A stretch of DNA of 49,533 bases, filler included, from Bipalium vagum (GCA_037834085.1; 3 parts of 3 records of this genome joined end to end with filler, not necessarily neighbours in it); one strand, 5' to 3'; positions 24,440 to 38,215 are shown, numbered from the whole stretch's first letter. Translations and numbers: made by a program. Notes: generated by a model not told the origin, from the sequence alone.

Positions 24440-26546
24440 ACAGCATGAAAATAGTTCACCGGATTCCTCAAGGGCGATGAATCTCTAGAAGATGTGTGAT
24501 ATTCTGGAAGTTCATTATCGAAATGTGAACTAAATAGTTAAAGCCTTCGAGGCAACCATGTTTAAGGTCAACAATGTTATATATCATAATTATTAGGTAT
24601 GAAAAACGATAGCGCAGGAAAATTAACAAGTAGGTCCCTTGTGCATTGACAAAGAACAACAAGCTGTAAAAGTTGAAATCGTGTGTAAGTCATGAAATCT
24701 TAACATTCCTGGATTACATGGTTAGCGCTGATGAGAAATGTTTATAGAACAAAAATAATACCCGAGTTCACTTTTGGTCGAGCTTAAAGTATGCGGTACT
24801 CCAAAAACACCAGTTAGTCAAAAATTATGAGTATGGTAGTAAGTTCTTAGTATTGGTAATCACGAATTTCTAGACAATAGTCAGGTAGTAACTGCTGATT
24901 TCCATGTTCAGTAGCAGAAACTTGTAAAAGTTAAGCTCCTTTTAAACGAACCGGTCCTGATTCAGAGAAATAAGACAGCGTTGTTCCATAATAACCCAAA
25001 GCCACACAAGTTTTCCTTGAATAAATGTACGAATTGCAATGGAAAGCGCTGCTACATCTTTCGTATTCTTTCGATATTTCTCAAATTATTAGGTTGTTCG
25101 GAAATAAATTATCGTTTTATATAAGTCAACTTTCAATGATTTTATTGTACATAAAATACATATGAATGGCATCATATGATATTCCAAATTGATGCTTAGA
25201 TGATAAAGATTCACATTCTATATAATTTATTTTACTGCTTTAAATTAAAGCATATTTGGGCACAGTTTTAAAAATGTTAGCAAACCAGCAAATTAGAGCA
25301 ATATATCTCTACAAATTAAACTTGGAAATTCTGCGGTAGATGCAACCAGAAATATAAACAGAGCTTTCGGAGATGGTTATGTAGCAGAATCAACTACCAG
25401 TCGGTGGTTTGCTAAATTCCGTCTTGGAAAATTTTATCTCAGTGATACAGAGTGTCGTTGGCGGAAAACCTCAATGGACAATGATGATTTGAAGACAATT
25501 ATTGAATCACACCCACAAAATACAGTAAGAAATTTTTCCAAGCAATTATCAGTATCTATTTCAACTATTTCTCAACACCTAAAGGAAATTGGCAAGGTTA
25601 AAAAGTTAAATAAGTGGATACCGCATCTATTAACTGATTATCAAAAACAAATGAGATATGATATCTGCTCAAAACTGATTCAAAGAAATAAAAGTAATCC
25701 ATTTTTGCGCAGAATAATTACGTGTGATGAAAAATGGATCCTTTACGATAACCGTAAACGTCCGTCTGAGTGGGTAGATCGTGGTTCAGTTCCAAATTGT
25801 TCTCAAAAATCAAGTTTGCATCCAAAAAAGATTTGGATATCAGTTTGGTGGTGTCAGACTGGTTTGATTCATTACGAATTCCTAAAAAACGGTGAATCAA
25901 TAACATCAGATGTATATTGCAATCAATTGGAACGTATGCATCAAAAATTAAAAGTTTGCATCCAGCAATTGTCAACAGAAATATTCCAATTTTGCTGCAT
26001 GACAATGCGAGGCCACATGTTGCGAAACAAACACTGCAAAAGGTAAATGACCTTGGATATGAGATTCTTCCACATCCGGCATACTCACTGACTTACTTCC
26101 TACGGATTATTATTTATTTCAAGCATTACATTATTTCCTGTCTCGAAAGGTTTTCAATAGTTACGATAATGTATTAAATGTAATGGAAATTATTTTTAAT
26201 AAATGTCTTAAGTCAAAAATTATTTCTTTTTCTATTTCATTCGAAAAAACCCTAATTTATTTCCGAACAACCTGATACTTGTCCGCTCTTTCATCCCTAT
26301 GCAATCATTTCAAGCAAGTGGTATTCCAAAATATGTACAGAAAAGATTAACCTGGGAGTTTTTATTTTTGGTTCTAAAGATTTTGAAATTTATAAAAAGG
26401 GATCAATAAATTATTATCTTGGTAAAAGTTTGCTTTATTGTGACAGAGATGTTAATTATTAAAATTTTATGTAGTTACATTTATCAGTATTATTGGACAG
26501 AAAATATATAACTTTTAAAACGGCACGAACTTTCTTGGTTACCTAA
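24440..26546 (+). mobile_element. Old, decayed mariner element (outer), split by a younger mariner
   Basis: Remnants FLDYMVSADEK, HEFLDNSQVVTAD, FHNNPKPH and WKALLHLSYSFDIS before 25088; continuation after 26277; right TIR-like AAAACGGCACGAACTTTCTTGGTTACCTAA|TA. Left end not resolved. Confidence 0.7.
25089..26275 (+). mobile_element. Near full-length mariner, cecropia/Hsmar1-like; transposase frameshifted
   Basis: TA|TTAGGTTGTTCGGAAATAAATTA ... TAATTTATTTCCGAACAACCTGA|TA. Peptides MLANQQIRAI, WIPHLL, IITCDEKWILYDN, LLHDNARPH and ILPHPAYS across at least 3 frames; the C-terminal part appears shortened. Confidence 0.95.
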
Positions 26547-29500
26547 TATTTAGATCTAATCCCAATTAAAACTTTCCGTCAAATTTTATTTCTAAAACAT
26601 GAAATAATGGTAATAAATTTATATCTTTAAAGATAATTAAATAAAATATTAATTGCAATGGTTACTGAAGATTTGAGACTAAATGGCAATATTATATATT
26701 TATCTAGTGCCATTTTAATATCTCATCTTCAGAACATTTTAGAAATTGGCTCATAATTTTAAAATTCTTCTAACCTGTGAAGATAATTTAAGTTCTGAAA
26801 AGAACTATCTTCAGAAAAATATCATTTTCAAATCTTGATTAGCGAACAGTGAGAAGAAGAAAGAGTGAAAACAGACAGGCTGTAATGTATGAAGTAAAAC
26901 TTCAGTATATCTTAATAATTAACTATTCGCAAGAAAAAAAACGAAGAACAATATTGAAACCCTGTGTCATTAATTTGTGGCTGAATTTTTATTAAAGGTT
27001 TAAAGGTAATATTCTGTTGCTCTCAAATAAGAGGTTTCGTATTTTTAGAAAATATAAATAATTGATCTGAATGATCAGATAAAGATTCAATCATTTTTTC
27101 TCCCATAATCTTTTTTTAAAGTAGATTTTGAATTTTACTTGGATAATGCTTAAGATCTTTCTTTAAATCATTCACCAGAAAGCGATGAATTCTCAAGACG
27201 TAGTAAGAATAAAAATACTTCTAAAGTTTTTGAAGATTTTCTTCATGGTTTTCCGCGTCTTTATTTATAAGGCACTCCAAGTTTCGAAACAGTCATTTCT
27301 AATTTAGTCTTAGTTATATCAGCACAATTCATACGTGTTCATCAATGAGTAGCAATATCAACTGTTAACTCTAAACTATTTATTGAAATTCTTTATAAAA
27401 TAAATTACTTATTTTTCTTTAATTACTTCTTGCATTTTCTTTAATTATTTATAAATACATATAATCCTTTCATCCATATAATGCAGTGTTTTTTTTAATT
27501 TATTACTTGAAATTAACACCTTTTCATGAGTTTCAAATTTTAAATGTTTGTTTTATTTAAAACAAAATAAACATTTATTAAAGGATTACATCAACTTTAT
27601 TCGGGAAACCCTTAAGAGGAAATTGGTTAATTCTCAAGATCAACCTTTTCAAAGAAACTTAGAAGGTAGTATTTTAAATTGAAATAACAAAAACTAATTA
27701 ATTGTTTAGAATCAAGATGGAAAAAAGGATACTCATTTTTAAGAGGATAACAAAATTTGTTTTTTTAATAAAAACATCATTATGATTATTTGAAGCATGA
27801 TTAATTTTTTCATTTTTAGATGTTTTAAAACTCAGTTAAGACAAGAAAAAATGTTTTCAAATCATTATAAATCAATAAAAATACAATTAAAATGTATAAC
27901 ACATAAAAAATGATTTTCAATCATTATAAATCAGTACACCTAAAACGTATGACAATGTTTAATCACTAAAAATAAGACTATAAAGGTAAAATTTTTTTAG
28001 CTTTTCATTAGATCATAGAGGTAAAACGTTTTAGTCTGTCTTAAATTCCACGATTTGAATTGATGGAATTTACTTTTGTTTTGTATTTGTTGTCTTTGGT
28101 TTGTTGGATTGTGTAATTGTGAATGGTTCTGGCTGTAGGATTGGGAGTCCCCAAATAAAAAAATTAATAATTTATCAAACTACCATTCAATAAATATAAT
28201 TTTATACTTCATGGCTCTCTCATTCAATTCATTGCTAATACTTAATAGAAGTGAATCGAATTCGGTCGCATAATATCTTTTGGAATAGGAACTTTGGTGT
28301 ATTCTTCGTAATGAGTAATTGTCTATTAGTGTTTATGACTGTCCGTAATCGTAGATTTTCTCATATCTTTATGGTTCAACCTTCCTAAACGAATCATCTA
28401 GATTTTTAGCCTGGTTTTCGTTTACATCGTACGTAGTGCTAAAATGAAGAAAGAAACCGACATAAAAACTAACCCTTAATAATTGTATTTGTCTAATTTT
28501 CTCTTTGTTTTTTAGGTTTTTACGATTTAGTAATACTTTAAATTTTTGGAATTTTTTAATATTATTACTTTTAAAACCAGTTAATATTGTTAAGTTTCCC
28601 TAAAAGTGACTGAATTTAAGTTACAAATATCAAATATGGGCTTTTCGGTTTCTCAACATAAACGTATGACTATCAGAAGGATTTATGGAGTGTAAATCGG
28701 AACAGTAAATAAAATAGGATAAATAAAAACAAATTGAATCGAATACAAATATTTTTATTTGTAAAAATGTGATTTTACAAGGGGAGTTTAAATAAGAATC
28801 CTTAAATCCTTATGCGGTTATCCTGTAACTTGTGGTAAGGTCCTAAGATGATTTACCAACCCTAACTGTTGTGTAAATCACAAAAAAAGAGAAAAATTAG
28901 AGGATGCAAAAACAAAAGTAAGGGCAATCCTATTACTAATGATTACCAGGGAAAGTTTTAGATTTTAGAGTTAATTTAATTTTATCTGTGTAAACTGAAT
29001 TAGTTTACCAGAGATAGTTTAATAATAATAAATAATAAAAGTTATAATAAATTATTATGAAATGAACAAAATTTACTGTAATCAAAATATGTCATATACT
29101 ATTGAAAAGAGTTGAGACTTCGAATGTTTGTCGTCTTGTACAAATATACTGAAACGCTTTGTAAATTTGAATTGGAATTTGAAATCGTAGTCTTTTTCGA
29201 ATTTGAAATTCTTGTCCTTAATTAGATGTGTTAATGGTATCAAGTTTGGTGTTAACCGTCTGAGAATTTGGAATTAATTAATTTGGCTTGCAATGTTTTT
29301 GTGTTTGTTTTCAATCTTCAATTGACCCTTTTATATGGTACTTTTCAGATCAGTTTTATTTTTAGATTTTTATTTTTTCCTTTTTTAGTTTTCAGTATCA
29401 TAACTTTTCCCTTTTTTATATTTTCTTGTTATATTTTTGACTAGTTTTCTATTTTTAGAAACTTGGTTGTTTCTAATTTTAGTTTTTATGTAAAATTAAT

Positions 29501-29832
29501 TGTTTTCTATATATTACTTTTAATAATAGCAATAATAACGATAATATTAATATTAATAACAATTTATTTGTTAGGTCTTAATTTTTTATTTTATCATTAA
29601 GAATTCTCATTTTTACAATCAAATACAGAGAAAAGAAAACACTTTTATTATTTTTATTAGAATAAAAAAAAGATGCTATAATCAAATATTGTCACATTTA
29701 AATTATTTTGTTTATCAATTTTTCTTGAGTCTCCACAATATTACCTGTGAAGATTAAAAAGTTTAAAATTATTTTAATTTGTTTAAATAATTTTTTTGAA
29801 TAATTGTTTTATTAAAATAAATAATTTGAAAA

Positions 29833-30630
29833 TGAGCCTTGATAACTCGTCAACCGATATTAATGTAACTAACATGGCGCACCAACACCATCTGTACATT
29901 ATCTTAGCCAGACTGATGCCAGAAAAGTTTAGAAGGAGTGTTGACACTGACAATTTTATTAAAGAATGCAAAAGTTAATTTGCGTTGTTGAAGATCCCGA
30001 ATTCGTCTAGGACAACATTAGTGGTGATATCTTTAGATCAAGATTTGATCCCTGTTTACGAAGCCGTAAGCGCAGATTTGAAGAACTTTGATAAAAAGCT
30101 TTGTAAAGCGTATCAAAAGAAAAGCTTGGTGATAGAAGATCTACAATCAGCTCTGAATTACATAAAAACAAATGAAACAGCAAAAAAATATTTCGAAAAG
30201 TGGAAAAACTGGTCGATAAATTGCTTACACATAGGTGGGATAAGAATTCATTAGTAGAACTTTCGTTGGTATACTGTACAAATGACCCTGAAGTTAAAAG
30301 GGAGTTGTGCATGTGGAAAGTGAAGAAGACAATAAAAAAGATGAATGAGTATAGAGGTGAAATAGGGGGAAAATGCAGTTCGAGAGCCCAGAACACGACA
30401 ATATCAGAGCTACAAATCAGCATTAACTAGTGGTATACGAACAAGAGAGGAGACGTGTATAAAAAGCCACAAGGACGACGAATGATCATTAGAAATGATT
30501 TTGTATATAAAAGTGAATGCTGGACATGTCACAAGTTCGGGTACATAAGTAGAAATTGTAATATGAGAAAGAAACCGACTTTTTTCGCATGTGGAGTGGA
30601 AGGGCACGTTCGAAGACAATGTCCACTGTG
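29833..30630 (+). mobile_element. LTR-retrotransposon gag relic (Ty3/gypsy-like) with two CCHC zinc knuckles
   Basis: Broken ORF chain MSLDNS...MPEKFRRSVDTDNFIKECK... ending in CWTCHKFGYISRNC and FFACGVEGHVRRQC (decayed Cx2Cx4Hx4C). Confidence 0.8.
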
Positions 30631-30899
30631 AATAGAATTATATAATTATAAATATAAATAGAATTATGATTGAATTAATTTTGCACAAACTAATTTAATA
30701 TTCAATTTATATGTTCAATAGGATATCGAGTTATCGTAAGACCCTCTTTCAAATTTATTATCATTTAATTGTGTAAATGATAAATGAAATATAATTTAAT
30801 ATAATTAATGGAAATAAGGCATTAAAAAATTTAAGCAATGAGGAAATTAGTTTTCCGATTCTACTGAAAAAAAAATTAATATATTTATTTTTAAAACAT

Positions 30900-31882
30900 G
30901 CAAGCTTTGTTCTGATTACTTTACAGATTACAAACTTTTTCTTTTTCAATTAATACCTTGCATAGCCTTTGTTGTATAGTTAGATACAGTGCTCTTGATT
31001 TGTCTCGTATCTTTGAGTTTAATTGCATTTTTGTCCTTTTGATCTTTTCCTTCAATTCCTTAACATTTTTAAACTGCGGACCATCATAAATATCATTTGA
31101 AAAAAAATCCAAATTTCTTCAACGATATTTAGATCAGGACACTTAGCTGGTTATTCCAATTTCATAATTTAATTCTCTTACATAGTTTTTGAACAGATTT
31201 AGCATTGTGAACTGTGGAATTGTCCGATAGATCTCTGAAATAAATTTAAGTAATCATTACTTCCAAATTTGCCATTAATTATTTTATGACATCATCATTA
31301 GCCAAATCATAACACCACCTTCTTTGCGCTGCCTCGTTTCACCTTTCTTTTTCTCTTTTTTGATAATCCAATTTCTGACCCATCCAAAGTAAACCTCTTT
31401 TCATCACTGAATATTGTTTTGCTATTACTACCCTGAACCTATTACTACCCTTTTTCCTTTATGGCTCTTTTTAAGAAGTATAACTTTGGAATATTTCTAT
31501 ATGTCATACCATCATTGATTAAGTGTCTTCTGCTAGTTCTGGTAGACACATTTAATTGGCATGCATTTTTAATTTAGTAATAAATTTTTTTGGCTATCAT
31601 TTTTTAAAGCTGAAATTCTTCTTTTTATAAATAATTTTTGAAAAATTTGGCAAAACAGGTTTTTTACCTCTCTTTTATGATTTTTAACTTTTTCATACAC
31701 ATATAAATGCCTAGAAAGGCTCATAATTTTACTGATTTAAATATATATAACTTATACTCATTTCCTAATCTTTTCGCCAGTTGGTGTTGCAATTATTTTC
31801 TCATCATTATATCTAAAATGTACATGAAATATTAATTACGAATAATTATAATCATATATACTTAAAAAATTTAAATATACTG
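30900..31882 (-). mobile_element. Decayed Tc1/Tc3-like (DD34E) transposon
   Basis: Minus strand IFSDEKRFTLDG, GGVMIW, DNSTVHNAK and PAKCPDLNIVEEIW; possible TA|CAGT 5' end at 31882. Confidence 0.85.
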
Positions 31883-32335
31883 TATAATGCGTGAAAAATA
31901 TTTTCCATTAAAATTTTTAGATTTAACATTACGTCACATATTATTTAAACAGGTGAATGAAGGGATTAATTAAATATCACGGCGTGCTTATGTAATAATT
32001 AAATCTGACGGTATATTTAGCATATATTTATTTTATCATCTAATTCAATTGAAGCAAAGTTAAAATATATTCAAATGATATATTCTTGAATTGATCTCGA
32101 AACATAATTTCCCGCAAGAACTCTTCTCGTTTGTCTTCATCAATATCACATACTCCTTTTATTGAAGATTAAATTGTTTTGTAAAAAATGAAGAGCAAAT
32201 TTTGAAAAACTTCAACAAAAACTTGTTATAATTACAACACAAAGTGAACCCTGTTTATCCCCCCTTTATTTCATGAACAAAAACAGCCCTAAAAATAGGT
32301 TGAAAAATATACTTTTGGCAACAAAAAAATAATTA

Positions 32336-32420
32336 TGTTCAATATATTTAGGGTATCAAATTTAAACCTGACTCCAAAATCTTAGGTGGTGCAAATCAAA
32401 ACAATCAGTAAAGCAACACT
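32336..32420 (+). repeat. Dispersed repeat copy (same family as the 34118-35062 arms), cut by the gap
   Basis: TGTTCAATA..TTTAGGGTATC...CTGACTCC..AATCTTAGGTG.TGCAAA...CAGTAAAG matches sequence starting at 34118. Confidence 0.75.
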
Positions 32421-32520
32421 NNNNNNNNNNNNNNNNNNNNNNNNNNNNNNNNNNNNNNNNNNNNTTAATTAATTAANNNNNNNNNNNNNNNNNNNNNNNN
32501 NNNNNNNNNNNNNNNNNNNN
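32421..32520. other. Assembly gap spacer N44-TTAATTAATTAA-N44
   Basis: Identical to 16631-16730. Confidence 0.95.
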
Positions 32521-32951
32521 GGTCTTGGAAGATTGTCACAAGCATTTGTTGCTTCCCATTTATTCCAGGCATATCGGACAGCACATCTTGAATGTCCTAC
32601 TCTACGTGCGACTTCAGCTTTAGATAAGCCACATTCCAATAATCCAATGATGCGACCACGTTCGGATTGACTTCGGATTGACAGAAGTGGTTTGAACAAT
32701 TAGTTTCCTTGAATTTTTTAAAATAAGGACCTCACGCCTAAATTAACGATTAATAAATGTTTTTAATTTAAAGTTTTTCAAAATTATTAAGTTACGATTT
32801 TTTATGTTTAAGATTTACGTAATCGGATTTAGTGACATATTATTATTGCCTTGGTCTTATATTATTATATAAAATGACTACTCAAGAATATAACTAATAT
32901 ATTTAACATTATGATAATTTAAGATCAGATATTTACTTTTCATACACTCTG
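32521..32951 (-). mobile_element. Tc1-like transposon 5' end (paired-like HTH), running into the gap
   Basis: ERGRIIGLLECGLSKAEVARRVGHSRCAVRYAWNKW...NLPR; TA|CAGAGTGTATGAAAAGT terminus at 32951. Confidence 0.85.
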
Positions 32952-33236
32952 TATGGTTCTATTGATACTGGGAGTTGATAATATTTTTAAAATCGTTAAA
33001 ATTAAATAAAAACTTGTTTTATTTTAACATTCAAAATAAAAAATCTAATTTATTTGCAGAATAATAGTTTTAAAATTGAAATAATCTTCTTTTGAAAATA
33101 CTATTTGGGCTTTTTTGTGCTCCTTAAAATAATTAATATAATCATTTAACAAATTAATTTAACAATTTTTTGACATAAAACTACCAAAGTTAACAAAACA
33201 ACTACTTTTATCTAAGATATGATAAGAAACTTTTAT

Positions 33237-33670
33237 TCATAAAGGTAACGATTGCAGAACTATACCATATAAGCCCTTCATTGAGACAATCTTAACCTCG
33301 AGTTTTCTCCAAATAAACTGTTCTTTGTGTATGATCACCTTCTCCATGCTTACAAAATTCACTTGATGATTCACAGTCAGATGTACATATTTTTTATCTT
33401 TAGACAATTGAGAGTAAAATTTCCATTCACAACTCATTATAATTTATCGTACCGAACAACGACTCAAACATTTGATAATAATGTGATAATTTTTCTTTTT
33501 TAAAAACTGAAAAAACATTGCATTATTGGAAAAATCAATCTTACTAAGAACCCACAATTTTGGTAAATAAAAATGATATAACTTGTTTGTCAAATAAAAA
33601 ACATAACACGATTTGTTGGTCAAAAAACATGATATGAATTTTGACAAAAACAACATGATTCGATTTTAAC
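33237..33670 (-). mobile_element. Merlin (ISXO2/IS1595-like DDE) transposase fragment with adjacent short tandem repeats
   Basis: SCEWKFYSQLSKDKKYVHLTVNHQVNFV...IWRKL matches the SDxWxxY...HxTVNHxxNFV...LW motif. Imperfect ~28-32-nt repeats at ~33570-33665. Confidence 0.75.
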
Positions 33671-34117
33671 TGAAAAAATTGTGTCTGAGGCATTTTGTAA
33701 ATATTAAATTTTTAAAATGCATCTCAATAAATATGTAAATAATTTTAGTCTATTTTAATGACCATTTTAATCCGACTCTGAATGGAGAATGAAACAAACA
33801 GGAAACTGTGAATATGCAAAGCTTTGAAGAAGCCTCCAAAAAGCTTTTAAGGAGTGCTTCTGAATGAAAATCTTATATTATATTTTAGATTATAAGACGA
33901 TAATGAGTTATCCGATGAATACGTCTAAGGTATAACAAGTGAAGTGAGGAAACATGGGTATATTAAAGAATATCATTAAACGAATTGACAATAAATATGT
34001 AACATATGCGGCTAATATAAGAATATCATTATTTAGTATAATTATTAAATATTTAACATTGAAGGCAATAATATTTGTTATTAGTGTTCTGAATTTGTTA
34101 TCAGATATTACTGATTC

Positions 34118-35062
34118 TGTTCAATATTTAGAGTATCCATCTGACTCCGAATCTTAGGTGTTGCAAAATAAAAACAAACAGTAAAGAAAATTTTTTTATT
34201 TATATCACCCGCGAATAATAATAACAGCCAATACAAGGATCACAAAAATAACAATGTTCAAATTATCCCAAATGTCACAAATAATAAAATATTAATGAAA
34301 TTAATCCAATTAATTAAAAGAAATAAAATATAATTAATAATAATAATGAAAATTAAAAAAACAATCTTACAGTTCGTATTCGGTCTAAACTTCAAACAAT
34401 AAGCTTCTTCACAAGCAATAATCTGCGTATTAGTTCACAAATTACTTTCTTGAACGCTTCTGAGGGCAATAATCTGGAAAAACCTTTCTCTTTTTAGACA
34501 TTTTTGCTGATCTTGACTTGGAGATTCTTCTTAAAATAATCTCAAAAACCTAAAATCTCTTAAAATTCTTAAAATCATTGTTTTTCTTTTCATCTTTATT
34601 ATTGTTATGATTGTTTTATTGAGATTGTTTTTGGGTTTTCTACCAGATGCATATTTCTTAGCAACAACAAGAGCTCCGCTGACAGTTCGGCAATCACAGC
34701 AGGAATTATGTCAAAAGGATATTTTCTTACTTTTTTTTCATTATTTTTTTATTTAATTATTGTTTAATTGATACTTAGTTTTGTTTATTAAATTTGGTTT
34801 TTGTTTTATTGATATTTGGTCATTGACGGATTGTGTGATTTTTTGATTATAATTTTGGTGACTTTTTTTTTCGTAATTGACAATTTGGTGATTGATATCA
34901 CTGTTATTTTTGACTCTTTTTGATCATTTGAAAGTGTTATCATTGTTATCTTGTGATTATCACTTGTAAATTGTGTTATAAATACACATTATTGCTTTAC
35001 TAGCTGTTGTAAATTGAAACGCCTAATAGAATAAGAGTCAATTTAAACTCTAGATATTAGAA
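34118..35062. repeat. ~945-bp segment bounded by diverged ~100+ bp inverted repeats
   Basis: 34118-34260 aligns by eye with the reverse complement of ~34930-35062 (AATAT.TAGAGT...TGACTC...TTAGG.GTT.CAA...AGTAAAG.AA...TATTTATA.CAC). Confidence 0.7.
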
Positions 35063-35089
35063 ATAAAAATAGAAAGATCATGTATAGGT

Positions 35090-36030
35090 TACATAAATCC
35101 AACACCATTTTAAAAATTGTTAAAATATTTCTGAAATAATTCAAGATATCTGTGCTGTGTACAGAGAAGGCACATTTTCTTGGAGCACTCGTAAAAATCG
35201 TGCACAAAATTCAAAAAAAGAAATGTTCATCTTCAATGTCTCCCCAGTGGTATGCCATCCATGTTAGATGAGAAAAAATTAAACCTGATTTGATGGAAGA
35301 ATTGTCGTCAAACATATAGAGAAATGGCTATGAGGGTAAATATCAATGAAGTGAAAATCTTCCATTATCTTCGATCAATAAGTTTTTCCTTAAAACTGAG
35401 ATTCGAATTTTCTTTGAATTGGTCATTAATAATAAGGTACTAAATATGGGCTTATGATAAATGAACAAAACTCATTTCAAACGAATTATATTTATCACCA
35501 ATAAATAACCAGTGTTCTTTCCTCAGTCATATAATAGAAAATATTTGATTAATGGTGTTCGAGAAGTAGATAAAAGTATCAATCTTTAATTGATAATATC
35601 AATCAATTCTCCTCCAGTCATTAATATTATAACTCACTACAGACCTGTACATTTTATTATTATTTTAAAAATTATCTTCAAGAGATATATGATGAAGAAG
35701 CATGTTCTCAGGTGACCATTTATAACTCGATTCGAGAATTTTCGTTTGGCGAATAAGTGCTTTCAATGCAACCAAAAACAGTAAGCTCCTTCTTGACACT
35801 CAAAGCTACCGACGCATGCCACCTAGCAAGGAACTTTTTTGCTCCACACATCTAAGAAAACACAAGATGCATTTAACAAATCCAGGTTTTGTACATCTGG
35901 ATCATTCTCTATATAGAAAAAATCTTGCACCGAGTACATTTTGTTTGTTCAATTATATAAAAAACCACATTTGGGGACATACATTTGTTTCAGAGAATAA
36001 TATGAAGGATAGCATGATGTAGAATTCTTG
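35090..36030 (+). mobile_element. Highly decayed mariner transposase (irritans-like)
   Basis: EIIQDICAVYREG near the start; HLDHSLYRKNLAPSTFCLFNYIKNHIWGHTF is a decayed HPPYSPDLAPSDFxLF. Confidence 0.65.
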
Positions 36031-36509
36031 GGTGACTGACAATAACTTTTTTGCATACTTCAGAGCCGATATCCATGGATCTACCACGGCTATGATCTTT
36101 AATATATTACTGTTAACTGTCAATGGACGTTCACGATTTACATCTTTTTTGAGGTTATCATCTCCTAAATGTTTAGAACAGGATTTTAATGGTGTGCACA
36201 TTTTTGTACCAATTCCAATTGCTTCACTGATTTTTCGAAAGGTCTGCGCAGCATTATAGTCCTCGTACAGGGCAATCGCTTGTAAATGTGTTTTTTTCTA
36301 AAATGACAAATAATAACATCTAAAATAACATAAACTAGAAATCAGTAATAAAATTAAAGTAAAACCAAAAGAAATGAAATAAAATTTTGCGCTTTGAAAT
36401 GATATATAAATGAACCCGTTCAAACAAACATTTTTGCCAAAATATCTATTGTTAAATTGAATATTATTAAGTTTGTATTAAAAACGAAATTTTCTTCTTA
36501 CCAACCTAA
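36030..36509 (-). mobile_element. Mariner 5' fragment (TIR + HTH)
   Basis: TA|TTAGGTTGGTAAGAAG end at 36509; minus strand THLQAIALYE...NAAQTFRKISEAIG...RERPLTVNSNIL. Confidence 0.75.
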
Positions 36510-38215
36510 TAATAATAGAAAAGACATTACAAGTGATACAAATTAGATATGACATAAAACAAGATCGATTAAGTAGAAATAGGTTCGTCTTGAGAATTAT
36601 ATTACAGTTTAGAAAGAAAAGAAACAAGTTTTTAGACATGTATTTAATTAATCTTATTGATTAAATTTATATTTACCCGAATAAATTAAATTCTCATTAA
36701 ATCAGATAATTCCATGAGACGATATTTTTCTTCTCATTAAAACCCAATATTAATTTTATTTTTGCAATTGTTGCTTGTTATAAATTTTTCGTTTCATTTT
36801 TTCCTTTTCCATAAATTCCGTAATTATGAATTGAAAATTAAATTAATTTAAGTTTATTGTTTTTTCATTATCTCTTTTGAAGAAAAAATATTCAAGGTCA
36901 GATTAATAGTATTTGACAACTAGTATTGTTATATTGATTTTATATAGATTAGCACGTTTCTTAATTTGAAAGATTTTAATGACTTAGTTAATCAATCAAA
37001 TTTAGATTTGCTTTAATATTTTATTTTAGTATTTTTAAATTGCTTAAATAAAATAAAAAATTTTATTTTTTCAAAATTTAATTATATATTATTAATAATA
37101 TTGATATTTTTTATTTTTATTAAGAAAATAAGGCCTTAATTTGAATTGTTACAATTTATAATATATTGCAATACAATAAATCTATTAAAGCTATCATATT
37201 CTTGCCTCTGAGAGTCAGTTAAAATTTAGTTGATATAACATTAAAATAGCTCAATTTAATTCCTTTGTCAGATGATTTTGAGAGATTTTCGAGATTTTGT
37301 ACAGTTGGACGTCGAAGAATAGATTCTTTCTTATGAAGTCTTGATCTTAATACATTTCATTGAATAATTATGATGAATGAGAGTTGTCTATTCACATCTG
37401 GAGATGTCATTGGGTCTGATAAACATTAGTTATTTTTCCTTTAATAATATATCAAAATAATTTAACATTTAATTTATTTAAATAACTAAAAACAAAAATC
37501 AGTTCATTCAACATTCATTGGATTAAATTTTTATTTATATTTCCATTAAAAAAACGAAATATTATAATTATAATTTTATATTTATTTCATAAATTTTAAA
37601 AAATAAATTAAAACAATTAACAGAATTAATCTGAAATCCCTAACCAGGGAGTTTCCATCAAATGAATAAATTTAACTAATGATTTATTACAATTAATCAC
37701 TGATATTGAAATTGGGGAAAGGAGTATTACTTATCTAAATATTCACTTCATTCATCAACACAAAAATTAAGGAAAAGCATAACATAAGGAGTTATATTTG
37801 TTGACATGATAGATTCTTCAGCTGTAATTAATGCGAATAGCAAATGAATGAGATTTGCACTGAAATTATTAAAAATTATTTAATAATAAAATAAATTAGT
37901 CGCAGACAAAGAAAAGATTCAAGAAGAGGTGTTGTTGCCGTGACTGAGAAAAGATATTTCATAATAGATTAAAATATTTCTTGATCGTTCAATCAAATAT
38001 TTATCTCAGAGAATTGCTTAAAAATTAAAAATTATTGATTTAAATTTTTTCATCTAGGCAGTTTTAAAAAAGTGTAATAAAAACCTTTCAATTATGATGA
38101 GGTCCAACCTAAACTGTTAATAAAAATATTTTGTTATTTACAGAAATAAAAATAAATTGTGCGTTGAGATTTTTTGATAACAAAAATCAGCTATAATTAT
38201 TTCTCTGAAACGATA

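Noticed and set aside
25474-26177. Domesticated or active transposase (SETMAR-like)
   Set aside because: Bounded by TIRs and TA duplications, frameshifted, third catalytic motif damaged, no SET domain seen.
33570-33665. CRISPR-like repeat array
   Set aside because: Imperfect adjacent tandem repeats with no unique spacers or cas genes, in a eukaryotic context.
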